Shown piece by piece: positions 49,075 through 58,901 of a stretch of 64,000 bases of DNA. A program made the translations under genes and the position numbers. The stretch's first letter is position 1, and each line of letters opens with the position of its first letter. The stretch is from an uncultured delta proteobacterium. GTDB lineage: Bacteria; Desulfobacterota; Desulfobacteria; Desulfobacterales; B30-G6. Location of the stretch: contig CAWGLD010000004.1 of assembly GCA_963823335.1 (NCBI GenBank), forward strand, positions 416,001-480,000, in the 5' to 3' direction. Below the pieces are notes generated by a model. That model saw nothing but the letters and a program-made list of their open reading frames with translations, did no database searches and was not told the origin of the DNA.

Positions 49075-49848
49075 CTATTCTGTCTGCAAACGAAGCCGGC
49101 GTAAAAATTTCAGGCTTTTCGGTTCCCTTCCCAGATGGTATGGGACAAAGGCTTCCAGAAAGGCGAGGCTCTCCCGCATGGCAGTTGGTGAAAAACGTAT
49201 TCTCCCGGCTTTGTTCAATTCACACGTGTTCAGCCACTGCAACTGTTTGATGGTTCCTTTTGACAGGCATCTTTGACCGGACGAATAAGGTGTGCAGTGT
49301 TCGCAGACAACACCGCCCTTTGCCAGATCGACATTGATTTTATAGTGACTCATGTCTGTCATATCCGAATGGCAGGTGCAACAATAATTCAGATTCGGGC
49401 ACAACCCGGACAAGGTGAGTAGCCGCATCTGAAACAGGATACTCAAGACCTCGTCAGGTATTTCCCCGGCATCGATCTCCTTGAGCACATAATCCAGAAG
49501 TTGGAAAACTGCCACCTGCGGTCTGCCGTCTTCCAAGGTGTCGTTTACGAGTTCAGCCCAGTAGCTGGCAAATGCGGTTTTGGTGATGCTCCCCCTGATG
49601 TTGTTCAAGGGACTCGAAAAAGAGGCTTCTGTGAGAACCGGCAATCCCTTACGATTACTTTTGCTGACGACAATATCCAGCAGGGAGAACAACTCCAGAA
49701 CACCGGAAAATCGTTTGGTACTTCGTTTGGCCGACTTTGCTATGGCGGTCATTTTGCCGTGCCGATAGGTCAAAAAAGTGATGATCAGATCAAAATCGCC
49801 ATAATCCAGGCGGCGGATCAGAATCGCGGGGGATGAAAAGAGCGACAT
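49075..49848 (-). CDS. recO: DNA repair protein RecO
   Basis: DYGDFDLIITFLT...GKMTAIAK, CxxC...CxxC zinc site; upstream of glyQS. Confidence 0.92.
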   Translation of the reverse strand: MSLFSSPAILIRRLDYGDFDLIITFLTYRHGKMTAIAKSAKRSTKRFSGVLELFSLLDIVVSKSNRKGLPVLTEASFSSPLNNIRGSITKTAFASYWAELVNDTLEDGRPQVAVFQLLDYVLKEIDAGEIPDEVLSILFQMRLLTLSGLCPNLNYCCTCHSDMTDMSHYKINVDLAKGGVVCEHCTPYSSGQRCLSKGTIKQLQWLNTCELNKAGRIRFSPTAMRESLAFLEAFVPYHLGREPKSLKFLRRLRLQTE

Positions 49849-49854
49849 TTCGGG

Positions 49855-51210
49855 TTAAATACCTAACAGCGAGGTGGCAATGGCAAAATAGAAAAATACA
49901 CTGATAATATCGATGGCGGTCGTTACAAAGGGACCTGTTGCTACGGCTGGGTCGACCTCGATTCTGGCAAAGAGCATGGGAACTAGGGAACCCACAAGTG
50001 CCGCCACAGACATGGAACAGATGACCGAAGACCCCACGGCAATGGCAAGCATGACCGTGCTGTATTTCAGCTGTGCAACGACCCCGATCAGAAGACCATA
50101 GACAAGCCCCAGAATCAGTCCGATGGAAAGTTCCTTAATAACCACCGGCCACAATTCACCTGTGTCTATTCGCCCCGTGGCAAGACCCCGGACGACAATG
50201 GTGGAGGATTGGGTGCCGATATTTCCGCCCATACCCATGATCACAGGTATAAAAGCAGCCAGGTAAGTCAGTTTTCTCAGGCTCTCTTCAAAATGACCGA
50301 TTACGAAAAAGGCGACGATGCCCCCAATGCAACTGGCAAAAAGCCAGGGAAGTCGTATACGCGTACTCTTGATAACAGATTTCGTCTCGACGAACTCCTC
50401 GCCCACACCTGCCATTTTCAAGATATCTTCGGTTGCCTCGCGCCTGAAAATATCGATGACATCATCGACGGTTACGATACCAACCAGCTTATTGGTGTCG
50501 TCCACCACGGGCACGGCCAGGATATCGTATCGGGCAACAATTTTTGCTACCTCCTCCTGATCCATATCTGTCTTTACGGAAAAAATATCCGTCACCATGA
50601 AGTCTTTCAGGGGTGTTTCAGGTACCACAACCACAAGTTGCCTAAGGGAACTGACACCTACCAGATTACCGTACTCATTGATGACATAGAGATAAAAGGG
50701 CATCTCCACATCTTGATGCTCTTTCTGCAAGGACTTGATTGCCTCGCCTGCCGTGACATCTTCGCGCAGCGCAATGAAATCAGGTACCATGATACCACCG
50801 GCGGTATCGTCTTCGTAGCGGAGCAGACCTTCGATCTCCTCCGACCCTTCCACCCGCATTTTATGAAGAATAGAATCTGACATCTCTTCAGGCAGTTTGC
50901 CGATTATGTCAGCGACATCATCGGTGGGCATATCCTCAAAAACCGCCACGACGTCTTCTATTTTCAAGGCCTCCACAAAGGATAAAAGGGTATCCTCTTC
51001 CAGTTCACTGAGCAGGATTCCTTTCTGCTCGATATCCTCGATCATGTGGAAAAGCTTGAGTTGTTCCGTCACGGAAAGTGAATTGAAGACCATCGACAGG
51101 TCGGCGGCGTGAGTTTTGGCCACGATCTTGCGCAGGTGCGGAAGGGCGTTGCGCCTCAGCAGTCGTTTGACGCTTTCTATCAGAATGGTATTTCGATCGC
51201 TCATGGCCAT
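49855..51210 (-). CDS. mgtE: Magnesium transporter MgtE (start uncertain)
   Basis: H.ADL N-domain, CBS pair (TAGGIM, GIVTVDD), RLPWL, GGNIGTQ, DPAVATGPFVTT. Confidence 0.95.
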   Translation of the reverse strand: MAMSDRNTILIESVKRLLRRNALPHLRKIVAKTHAADLSMVFNSLSVTEQLKLFHMIEDIEQKGILLSELEEDTLLSFVEALKIEDVVAVFEDMPTDDVADIIGKLPEEMSDSILHKMRVEGSEEIEGLLRYEDDTAGGIMVPDFIALREDVTAGEAIKSLQKEHQDVEMPFYLYVINEYGNLVGVSSLRQLVVVVPETPLKDFMVTDIFSVKTDMDQEEVAKIVARYDILAVPVVDDTNKLVGIVTVDDVIDIFRREATEDILKMAGVGEEFVETKSVIKSTRIRLPWLFASCIGGIVAFFVIGHFEESLRKLTYLAAFIPVIMGMGGNIGTQSSTIVVRGLATGRIDTGELWPVVIKELSIGLILGLVYGLLIGVVAQLKYSTVMLAIAVGSSVICSMSVAALVGSLVPMLFARIEVDPAVATGPFVTTAIDIISVFFYFAIATSLLGI

Positions 51211-51296
51211 GTTGTCCCTGAAACTACTGTCTTGAAAGAAATCATAGCTTCGTTTAGAACCATGCAATGATTTCCTTAATAAATCAATCTATTAAA

Positions 51297-52298
51297 TTAG
51301 AGAATTATCTTTATATGGGATGATTCCCGCAACTTCTCAAGCCAGTCGATAAACGCTTTTTCGGTAAGCTCTTTAAACAGGGTCTCCTCGATCTGTGAAT
51401 AGACTTCCTCCAGTGACATTTCATTTTCTTTCAGTTTATTTTCAACAAAGAAGATCTGGTACCCCTGATCGGTATCCAGAACTGGGGTGTACTCTCCCTT
51501 CGTAAGGCCACCCAGCACTTCTTTCAGCTGGGGTGAAAAATCCTTGTATGGCAGTATCCCGAGATCACCACCATTTTTAGCCAGTACCGATTCCGAGTAT
51601 TCTCGGGCAAGAGAATCGAAAGATGCTCCTTTTTCCAGCGCTGCATGCACATTTTCCATTCTCTCCAGAACAGCCCGTTTCCCGTTTGCGCCGGCATTTT
51701 CCGAAACCCGCATGATAATGTTGCGAAGATGGTACGTCAGCTCACCCTGATACTTCTCGATGTTGCTTGCATAATATGCAGCAACATCTTCTTTTGTTAT
51801 CACTATGTTAGCCTTTACGGCCATGTTGACGAGCCTTGCCCTCAGTGTCTGTTCTTTCACCTTCTCCCGGTAAAGCTCGACTGTCATACCATCATTTTCA
51901 AGGGCTTTACGAAAATCCTCATCCGTCCACGACTTGTCTTTCTTGATCTGTTCGATATTATTGTCGATGTCTTCGTCGCTTGCGGTAATCCTGTAGCGCT
52001 TGATTTCCTGGTCGGTTATCTTCTGATCCACCAGTTTTTTGACCACATCGCTTCTGACCTCGTAAAGCATTTGCTGTTCTTTTTCAGGGTCATAACCCAC
52101 CGCTTTTATCCGTGCCTCATATGGAGCCATCTCCTTCTGAACTTCGAGATACGTAACGATGTCATCATTGACGATGGCAACAATACGCTCCACGATTTCG
52201 TCACCACCTGCAGGCGCCCCTCCAGTGAAGCCAACAATCCATATGGAAAGCCATATGAATCGACGCATGATCATCTTGAAATTCAAATACCTGGTCAT
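51297..52298 (-). CDS. SurA-like periplasmic chaperone with parvulin PPIase domain
   Basis: IVERIVAIVNDDIVT, FDSLAREYSE, GGDLG. Confidence 0.88.
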   Translation of the reverse strand: MTRYLNFKMIMRRFIWLSIWIVGFTGGAPAGGDEIVERIVAIVNDDIVTYLEVQKEMAPYEARIKAVGYDPEKEQQMLYEVRSDVVKKLVDQKITDQEIKRYRITASDEDIDNNIEQIKKDKSWTDEDFRKALENDGMTVELYREKVKEQTLRARLVNMAVKANIVITKEDVAAYYASNIEKYQGELTYHLRNIIMRVSENAGANGKRAVLERMENVHAALEKGASFDSLAREYSESVLAKNGGDLGILPYKDFSPQLKEVLGGLTKGEYTPVLDTDQGYQIFFVENKLKENEMSLEEVYSQIEETLFKELTEKAFIDWLEKLRESSHIKIIL

Positions 52299-52320
52299 CT
52301 GTTATATTAATCCGTGACAG

Positions 52321-53025
52321 CTAAGGCCGCGCCACAATTCTATCCCACGCCATCTGGTTGACATTCAAGGTGTATTTTTTTTCCAATGCCATCATCCACT
52401 CCCGGTACATGACCTCTTTTTTGCTGTTTCGCACCTGCTGGATGATAATGGTGTCAAAATTGGAGACATCCTCATGCTTCTCCGGATCGGATCCAGATAC
52501 ACCGTAATGCTGTTCATAGTAGTCGGATATCTCCTCCGGGGTAATGTGAATCAAGGGTTCAAGTTCATGATCAACGACTTTTACCATCAACAGTCGAATT
52601 CTCAGATCATTTTTCCACTGCTGAAAGGATACCGCCTGCTCAATCAGCACCTGATCGAACTCATCCTTGGGATAATCCGCTTTTATCGATGCAATCATTT
52701 CTTCGAGTTCCGCATCGCTGATCTGTATGTTAAGTTCTCTGGCTCTTTCGATAAGAATCAATCTTTCCGTAAGTTGATTCAGGACACGTAGCTGAATACC
52801 AGCCAATATCCCCGAATCCATGTCTGCACCCGTGGGGAAATCATCCAATGTATCCTCGACCGCCCTGCCAAAATCATCCACCGTGATAACACTGTCATTG
52901 ATCTGAATTAAGACTTCCGGTGGTTTCGGTCTCTTCGAGTCGGAACAGCCAAAAAATCCGGTCCATACAAACAGAAGTGCCCCTACCATACCAAGACATC
53001 GATAGCGCCATTGACGTTGCTGCAC
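52321..53025 (-). CDS. SurA N-terminal domain lipoprotein (no PPIase domain)
   Basis: Lipobox-like FFGC; INDSVITVDD...LILIERARELNI. Confidence 0.75.
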   Translation of the reverse strand: MQQRQWRYRCLGMVGALLFVWTGFFGCSDSKRPKPPEVLIQINDSVITVDDFGRAVEDTLDDFPTGADMDSGILAGIQLRVLNQLTERLILIERARELNIQISDAELEEMIASIKADYPKDEFDQVLIEQAVSFQQWKNDLRIRLLMVKVVDHELEPLIHITPEEISDYYEQHYGVSGSDPEKHEDVSNFDTIIIQQVRNSKKEVMYREWMMALEKKYTLNVNQMAWDRIVARP

Positions 53026-53038
53026 GAAACGCCCCCGT

Positions 53039-53144
53039 TGCGATTTACGATCCTACCGCATCTACGGTGCCAGATGCCATACCGCATAGCCCACTATAGC
53101 GGAACGGCATCTTCCTTGTAGCTACGGCAACCTCTCCAATCGCA
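53039..53144 (+). repeat. Long hairpin element (covarying-core family)
   Basis: GCGATT/AATCGC; CTAC/GTAG; AGATGCC/GGCATCT; CCGC-ATAG-ccca-CTAT-A-GCGG; CCTTG on the 3' arm. Confidence 0.7.
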
Positions 53145-53198
53145 CAATTTAGTTAATAGAGACGATTTTTCACGTCTCAACACGCCTGAATAAGGTGA

Positions 53199-56100
53199 TC
53201 AGGCGTTAACATGATGCGCTATTTCTTTCAAGATGTATTTGGTCTGGGTTAAAAGGCCGGTTTTATGGCCATCGGACAGTGCCACCGTCAATTTATGATC
53301 GGGGGTCAGTCGAAACCGGTCCTTTTCTGAAAGAATCAGGTCGACAATGCCATGAGGATTGGCCTGATGCCGATCGGATATGTGAAGCACCAGCTGGTTT
53401 CCTGCCATATCGAGTTTCTTGATACCCGCTTTTATCGCCAGAACTTTGAACACAATCTTCATTAGAAGATTCGAAACTTCTTCCGGCAGTTTGCCATAAC
53501 GATCCATGAGTTCTTCTCTAATAGCTGAAATTTCATCCATACGGGAGATTCTGGAAAGCCGCCGGTAGGCTGAAAGTCGTTGATCGATATCGGCAATATA
53601 GTGCTCTGGAATAAAAGCGGACATGGGAAGATTGATTTCCGGTTCAATATCATCCACCGGCTGTTCGCCCTTGAGCTCGGAAACCGACTCTTCCATGAGC
53701 TTCAGAAACATGTCATAACCGACAGCCGCAATATGGCCTGATTGCGATGCGCCGAGAATGGTTCCACCTCCCCGGATTTTGAGGTCACTCATGGCGATTT
53801 GAAATCCAGATCCCAGATCACTGTGGTCCATCAATACCTTGAGGCGTTTTAACGCATCGCGGGTAATGTAGCTCTCCGGGGGAATGAACAGGTATGCATA
53901 GGCACGCTCCTCTGCACGGCCCACACGACCGCGCAGCTGATACATCTGCGCCAGACCGAACCGGTCCGCCCGGTTGATGAAAATCGTATTGGCGGAAGGT
54001 ATGTCGAGGCCCGATTCGATAATCGTCGTGCACACGAGCATATCGATCTCCTTTTTGACGAATCGCAGCATGATCTTTTCCAGTTGGCGCTCCGGCATCT
54101 GGCCATGGGCGATGTCCAGCCGGACCTCAGGGACGATGCTTTTCAAGCGGGCAGCCATTCTTTCAATACTGTTGATGCTGTTGTGGACAAAGAAAATCTG
54201 TCCGCCACGCTCAAGCTCCCTGGTAACGGCATCCTTGACGATGCCGTCCGTAAATTCAGATACATACGTCACCACTGCATGCCGGTATTCCGGTGGTGTT
54301 GCAATAAGATCGATATCCCGGATACCTATCAGTGACATGTGTAATGTTCTGGGTATGGGTGTTGCCGTAAGGGCCAGCACATCGACGGTGGTTCGAATTT
54401 TTTTCAGGGCCTCTTTGTGCCGCACACCGAACCGGTGCTCTTCGTCTATGACAAACAGCCCGAGGTCTTTGAAAGCAATATCTTTCTGGAGAATCCGGTG
54501 GGTGCCGATAACAATATCGATTTTTCCTTCTTTGACATCGTTCACAATTTTTCGCTGCTCCTGTTGTGAGCGGAAGCGGCTCAAACAGGCGATATTGACA
54601 GGATAATCCCTGAAGCGATCTGAAAATGTTGCAAAATGCTGTTCAGCCAAAACCGTCGTCGGAACAAGTACGGCTACCTGTTTGCCGTTGTAGACAGATA
54701 CAAATGCCGCCCGAAGCGCCACTTCTGTCTTACCATAGCCCACGTCACCACAGACAAGTCGATCCATGGGTATGGATTCACCCATATCGTGCAGGACCTC
54801 CTCGATAACTTTCAACTGGTCGGCGGTTTCTTCGTAAGGAAATCCGTTTTCGAATTCCTGAAGCTCTCTTTCGACAGACCGGTGGGAAAAGCCTTGATGC
54901 ACTTTTCTGGCTGCATAGATCTTGAGCAGTTCTTTGGCGATTCTGACTGTCGATTTCTTGGCTTTGGTTTTCATGCGGTCCCATGAGCTGCCCCCCATCT
55001 TGTCGACGACCGGTACCACACCATCCACACCCATGTATTTCTGGATCAAATTCATACGCTCCACCGGCAGATACAGCCGGTCGTCGTTCTTGTAGATGAT
55101 CAGCAGATAGTCGTTGGTCACGAATTCCACCGTCAACTTGGTGAGCCCCTTGTACTGGCCGATGCCGTGTTGGTCGTGCACCACTAGATCGTCGATCTTG
55201 AGGTCCTCGAAATTGAGCAACTGCTTTTGGATACGAGATTTTCCGGCGGCCGTTCCTTTTCGGCGCGTCCCGAATATTTCATTGGCCGTTATCAGAGCGA
55301 TAGAGGCCTCCGGCCAGACAAACCCGGAAGATATTTCACCCACGCACAGGTATACTGTTTTGGCTTGTTGCTCTTTCAGCGCATGCCCGGAAGGAAATGT
55401 TTCTCTGGACAGAATCTGAACAGGGTATGGCAATAGCATCGATCTTATTCGCTCGGCCTGTGCTGAAAAGGCACAGGCAATCACCGTGAGATAGCCCCTT
55501 TCCTGGTACTTGTCGATCCAATCCACAAGAGGCGACAGGGGTGCGTCCAGGGATTGGGGATGTCTCAATGTCTCTATAAGTTCCGTGTTGTCATGGACCT
55601 GGAAATGGTATTGGGAAGAGACCGGCGTCGATTCCCCCTGACCTTCGAGCATGGATATAGCTTTAAACATCAGGGTTTTTGAACGTTTCAAACCCGCCTG
55701 GACCGCCTCCCAGCCCAGGTATGCCTTCTCGGGCGAGACTGCAAATCCCCCCTCCTCCAGAACCGTCTCAAATTGTTTGCGGACAAGCTTTTCGCATGCT
55801 TCGGCCGCTGCCGTTACCTGCTCTTGGTCTGCCACAACATAGAGCGTGTTGGCACTTGTATAATCGAACAGGGTCTCGAGATCGGAACCCATGAGCGCCA
55901 TCAAATTTTCCGATCCGGAATTGACACCCTCGGTCTTCAGGCGGTCGATCACTTTCCTGACTGTCGTGACAGGTGTGTTCATCCGTGAAGCTTCCTCCCT
56001 GATGCGACCGATCAGACCGGGAAGGTGATGCCTGTCCAGGATGGCTTCCTTGGCAGGTAGAATAATTGCCTCCTGAACCTGTTTGACGGTTCGCTGGCTC

Positions 56101-56726
56101 ACAGGGGAATAAAATCTGAGGGACTCCACCAGGTCGCCGAACAATTCCATCCGCAGCGGCTGCGGGTACAGGGGAGAAAAAATATCCAGTATACCACCCC
56201 TCACGCAATAATCCCCCGGTTCCTCGACAATGGCGGCGCGTTCGTATCCGCCGGCTTCCAATTTTTCGATGAGTTTTTCGCGATCGAGATCTTCGCCGGA
56301 CATGATCAGCTCTGCATAATCGACCAGCGAAGCCCTGGGAAGTGTCTTTTTCATCAATCCGTCGATTGTGGTAACGATGACGGGTGGGATGCCCTGGTTC
56401 ACCAGATTGTAGAGCACGCGGATACGATTGGCAGCCGTTTCGCTGTCCGAGGTAAGAAATTTATACGGCAGCAGATTATAGGGCGGGAAATACTGCACCA
56501 CAGATGCCTGAGCTCCTAAAAAAAAACGCAATTCATCACATACCCGACGGCCGTCTTTTAATGACGACACGATCACCACCACGGGTTCACGAAAGCGCTG
56601 ATAAAGCTTGGAAATCAGGTATGCCTTATCCGTCTTTTGCAGTCCGATACAATCGATCCCCTTACCACGACTGGGAAGAGAGGCCATAAATTGGGTCAGA
56701 TAAATTTTATCTTGATTTTGAACCAT
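53199..56726 (-). CDS. mfd: Transcription-repair coupling factor
   Basis: RGGILDIF, VVHDQHGIG, CGDVGYGKTEV, DEEHRFGV, TATPIPRT, QLRGRVGR, TRCF domain. Confidence 0.97.
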   Translation of the reverse strand: MVQNQDKIYLTQFMASLPSRGKGIDCIGLQKTDKAYLISKLYQRFREPVVVIVSSLKDGRRVCDELRFFLGAQASVVQYFPPYNLLPYKFLTSDSETAANRIRVLYNLVNQGIPPVIVTTIDGLMKKTLPRASLVDYAELIMSGEDLDREKLIEKLEAGGYERAAIVEEPGDYCVRGGILDIFSPLYPQPLRMELFGDLVESLRFYSPVSQRTVKQVQEAIILPAKEAILDRHHLPGLIGRIREEASRMNTPVTTVRKVIDRLKTEGVNSGSENLMALMGSDLETLFDYTSANTLYVVADQEQVTAAAEACEKLVRKQFETVLEEGGFAVSPEKAYLGWEAVQAGLKRSKTLMFKAISMLEGQGESTPVSSQYHFQVHDNTELIETLRHPQSLDAPLSPLVDWIDKYQERGYLTVIACAFSAQAERIRSMLLPYPVQILSRETFPSGHALKEQQAKTVYLCVGEISSGFVWPEASIALITANEIFGTRRKGTAAGKSRIQKQLLNFEDLKIDDLVVHDQHGIGQYKGLTKLTVEFVTNDYLLIIYKNDDRLYLPVERMNLIQKYMGVDGVVPVVDKMGGSSWDRMKTKAKKSTVRIAKELLKIYAARKVHQGFSHRSVERELQEFENGFPYEETADQLKVIEEVLHDMGESIPMDRLVCGDVGYGKTEVALRAAFVSVYNGKQVAVLVPTTVLAEQHFATFSDRFRDYPVNIACLSRFRSQQEQRKIVNDVKEGKIDIVIGTHRILQKDIAFKDLGLFVIDEEHRFGVRHKEALKKIRTTVDVLALTATPIPRTLHMSLIGIRDIDLIATPPEYRHAVVTYVSEFTDGIVKDAVTRELERGGQIFFVHNSINSIERMAARLKSIVPEVRLDIAHGQMPERQLEKIMLRFVKKEIDMLVCTTIIESGLDIPSANTIFINRADRFGLAQMYQLRGRVGRAEERAYAYLFIPPESYITRDALKRLKVLMDHSDLGSGFQIAMSDLKIRGGGTILGASQSGHIAAVGYDMFLKLMEESVSELKGEQPVDDIEPEINLPMSAFIPEHYIADIDQRLSAYRRLSRISRMDEISAIREELMDRYGKLPEEVSNLLMKIVFKVLAIKAGIKKLDMAGNQLVLHISDRHQANPHGIVDLILSEKDRFRLTPDHKLTVALSDGHKTGLLTQTKYILKEIAHHVNA

Positions 56727-56787
56727 AAACAAAGTACTGCAACCTATCTTAATCCTGAACTTGGCGCTCAGGTTTATTTGATCCATA

Positions 56788-56863
56788 GCCGACGTAGCTC
56801 AGCTGGTAGAGCAGCTGATTCGTAATCAGCAGGTCCGCGGTTCGAGTCCGCGCGTCGGCTCCA
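56788..56863 (+). tRNA. tRNA-Thr(CGT)
   Basis: 76-nt cloverleaf GCCGACG...CGTCGGC-T-CCA; anticodon arm GCTGA-TT-CGT-AA-TCAGC; GGTTCGAGTCC T-arm. Confidence 0.97.
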
Positions 56864-56878
56864 AAATTTTATTTTATT

Positions 56879-56919
56879 ATTAAGAGGTTATCGAAATTCG
56901 GTAGCCTCTTAATTTTTTT
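56879..56919 (+). terminator. Hairpin plus T-tract after the tRNA
   Basis: TTAAGAGGTTATCG-aaatt-CGGTAGCCTCTTAA followed by T7. Confidence 0.7.
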
Positions 56920-57103
56920 GATTAAAGCCACTGGGTAACAAATGGCTAACAATGGTTTTACCTCGTTTGTGTTGTATCCTTCACAACGGTATCGTGTGTA
57001 TATACGATTGAATTCGATATGTACATAGATAGGATTGACTTGTGGTTCTTTGGTAGGTTATCTACAGGAAAGGCACCAGTCATCAAAGGTCGGAACATGG
57101 AAC

Positions 57104-58132
57104 TTACAGTTTTTCAGCCTCAACAATACAGTAAAACGGTTCGATATCTAGTTTTTCACCGAATTGAGTATATTCTGTCATTTTTAATCCACATTCTTTT
57201 AAGAATGATTCAACTGCTGCTTTAGGATCATTTGACATATCTATTCCAAATTTCGAAGGCTCTCCCATTTTTTCTATTATCCTCATATATCTTTTAGCTG
57301 TTTTTGAAATTTCACCTAACATGAATGCTTTGGAATAAAAGTCTTGAGCGATGATACTTCCGTCTACACATAAATCAGCCATTTTCCTAAGTGTTTCTTT
57401 GACAATATCAGCTTCTAAATACAAAGAAACGCTTTGCCAAAGGAACAAAGTCTTTTTTGTTTTGTCAAAACCAGCTTCTAATAGTTTATCAACCCAAGAT
57501 TCGTTTGAATAATCAACTGGGATATAGGTGATCCAATCATGCTTTATACCTGCTTTTTTCAATGTTTCAACTTTAACATTTAGTGTTTTAACCTGGTCGA
57601 GTTCAAAAACCTTTACTTTTTTTCCTTTTGTAAAGTGCAAAGCTATTAGATCAAAGCCAGCTCCAGGAAGGACAATCTGCTCCATTTCATCAACATATTT
57701 TTCCATTATCTTGTCAAACATGAGCACCCGAATACCCGCTGTGGAATCTAAGGTCTCTTCACCTGGTTCAACAAGTTTTCCAAGCCTGGCGGGGAAACCA
57801 AATAACCGCTGGGAAATGATAAGAGCTCCCATAGTCGACCACAAACCAAAATGTGATTCACATGGAAACTTTTTTGTAAACGCAACAGAAAGGGGATCCG
57901 GTCTGGTGTTAAAATAATGCATGATCCACCTATATTGAAGCGCTTTAATTGCCGAGAAGGAGACACCCAGTTTCTTGCTTTTTCCCATTTCCTTGTAAAT
58001 TCCATCTATTAGTCCAATAATAGCAAAAGGAATGAAGATTATTTGAATCGGTATATAAAGGATGATTTGAAAAAGCTTAATTAAGAAACGCAATATTCCG
58101 GGAAGCTGTTTTTTTGTGTTTTTATCTGTCAT
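57104..58132 (-). CDS. Class I SAM-dependent methyltransferase (leucine carboxyl methyltransferase-like family)
   Basis: QIVLPGAGFD, VFELDQ, IPVDY, LFLWQSVSLYL; RBS AGGAGG; visibly AT-rich. Confidence 0.85.
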   Translation of the reverse strand: MTDKNTKKQLPGILRFLIKLFQIILYIPIQIIFIPFAIIGLIDGIYKEMGKSKKLGVSFSAIKALQYRWIMHYFNTRPDPLSVAFTKKFPCESHFGLWSTMGALIISQRLFGFPARLGKLVEPGEETLDSTAGIRVLMFDKIMEKYVDEMEQIVLPGAGFDLIALHFTKGKKVKVFELDQVKTLNVKVETLKKAGIKHDWITYIPVDYSNESWVDKLLEAGFDKTKKTLFLWQSVSLYLEADIVKETLRKMADLCVDGSIIAQDFYSKAFMLGEISKTAKRYMRIIEKMGEPSKFGIDMSNDPKAAVESFLKECGLKMTEYTQFGEKLDIEPFYCIVEAEKL

Positions 58133-58154
58133 AAGATCCTCCTACATTCTGACT

Positions 58155-58231
58155 ATTGAAGAACCTCGCAGCATGCGTAGCACTGCCGAACGGCAGAACC
58201 TACGAAGAATGCGCTCGCTGTTGCGGTTCAA
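58155..58231 (+). repeat. REP/MITE-like element (family of 22575)
   Basis: Near-identical to both ends of 22575-22717; TTGAA...TTCAA termini. Confidence 0.8.
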
Positions 58232-58546
58232 ATCTGCTGCGTAACCGCGAATAAGCTACCGCGGAGCGGTTTCGTACAGATGGAGAACATTACCGTCTGC
58301 TGAAATTACAGATACCATGATTTGAGGGTGTCAGGTCAAGTAACTCTTCCAAGGGAGAAAGGTTTCAAGGAAATAAAAACGAACCTTCTTAAAAAATCAG
58401 CTCCAGGAATGTGGGCATCCGAAAAAGCATCTCCAGTAACGGATGGATGTATCCTCCCTCCCCCTTTTACTGATCTCTGGGCTCGCCCCCTCTTTTGTGA
58501 ACATAGAAACCTGTTTCAGAACAGATACTATGTACAGCTTACCTTA

Positions 58547-58674
58547 TGTAATAATTTACCCATAATATGTATAATTCATTACACATCAAGGTTGCAAAGC
58601 TATCTCATACAAAACCTAACTATCTGCAATTATTATAATCAGATAAATCAGTTCCATCTTGCACGCTTTTTGCA
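58547..58674 (+). promoter_or_regulatory. Probably decayed sigma54 promoter with upstream activator-type sites
   Basis: TTGCACGCTTTTTGCA (58659-58674) is one base from TGGCACGNNNNTTGCA; tandem TGTA boxes at 58547 and 58568. Confidence 0.45.
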
Positions 58675-58725
58675 TTCTATCTTTTTTCTATTTGGTGCAA
58701 TAATGAATAACGAATATTGATACGG

Positions 58726-58772
58726 TTGAACCGCAACGGCGAGCGTATTCCCTGTGGGTTTTGCCTGCGGCT
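58726..58772 (-). repeat. Partial inverted copy of the 22575/58155 element
   Basis: TTGAACCGCAACGGCGAGCGTATTC is the reverse complement of the 58155 3' end with few mismatches. Confidence 0.75.
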
Positions 58773-58811
58773 AAACATTTCTAGAAGCTTGCTGTGAGGT
58801 TCTTCAATTCC

Positions 58812-58890
58812 GTTCCTGAACCCTCAGGCATGCTCCTTTTAGGCACGGGTCTGGTAGGATTGGCAGGACTTGGCAGAAAAGGATTTTTTG
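58812..58890 (+). pseudogene. Orphan PEP-CTERM sorting-signal remnant
   Basis: VPEPSGMLLLGTGLVGLAGLGRK with no upstream protein body or signal peptide. Confidence 0.75.
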
Positions 58891-58901
58891 AAATAATCAC
58901 C

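Noticed and set aside
56727-56786. Longer mfd start at 56786
   Set aside because: It would abut the divergent tRNA with 1 bp between them, leaving no room for an RBS; ATG 56726 is more plausible
56975-57065. Possible integron attC site after the methyltransferase
   Set aside because: No convincing RYYYAAC/GTTRRRY pair with a complementary stem, and no integrase
58322-58720. 132-aa ORF in the relic island
   Set aside because: TTG start, no motifs, and it runs across AT-rich promoter-like DNA
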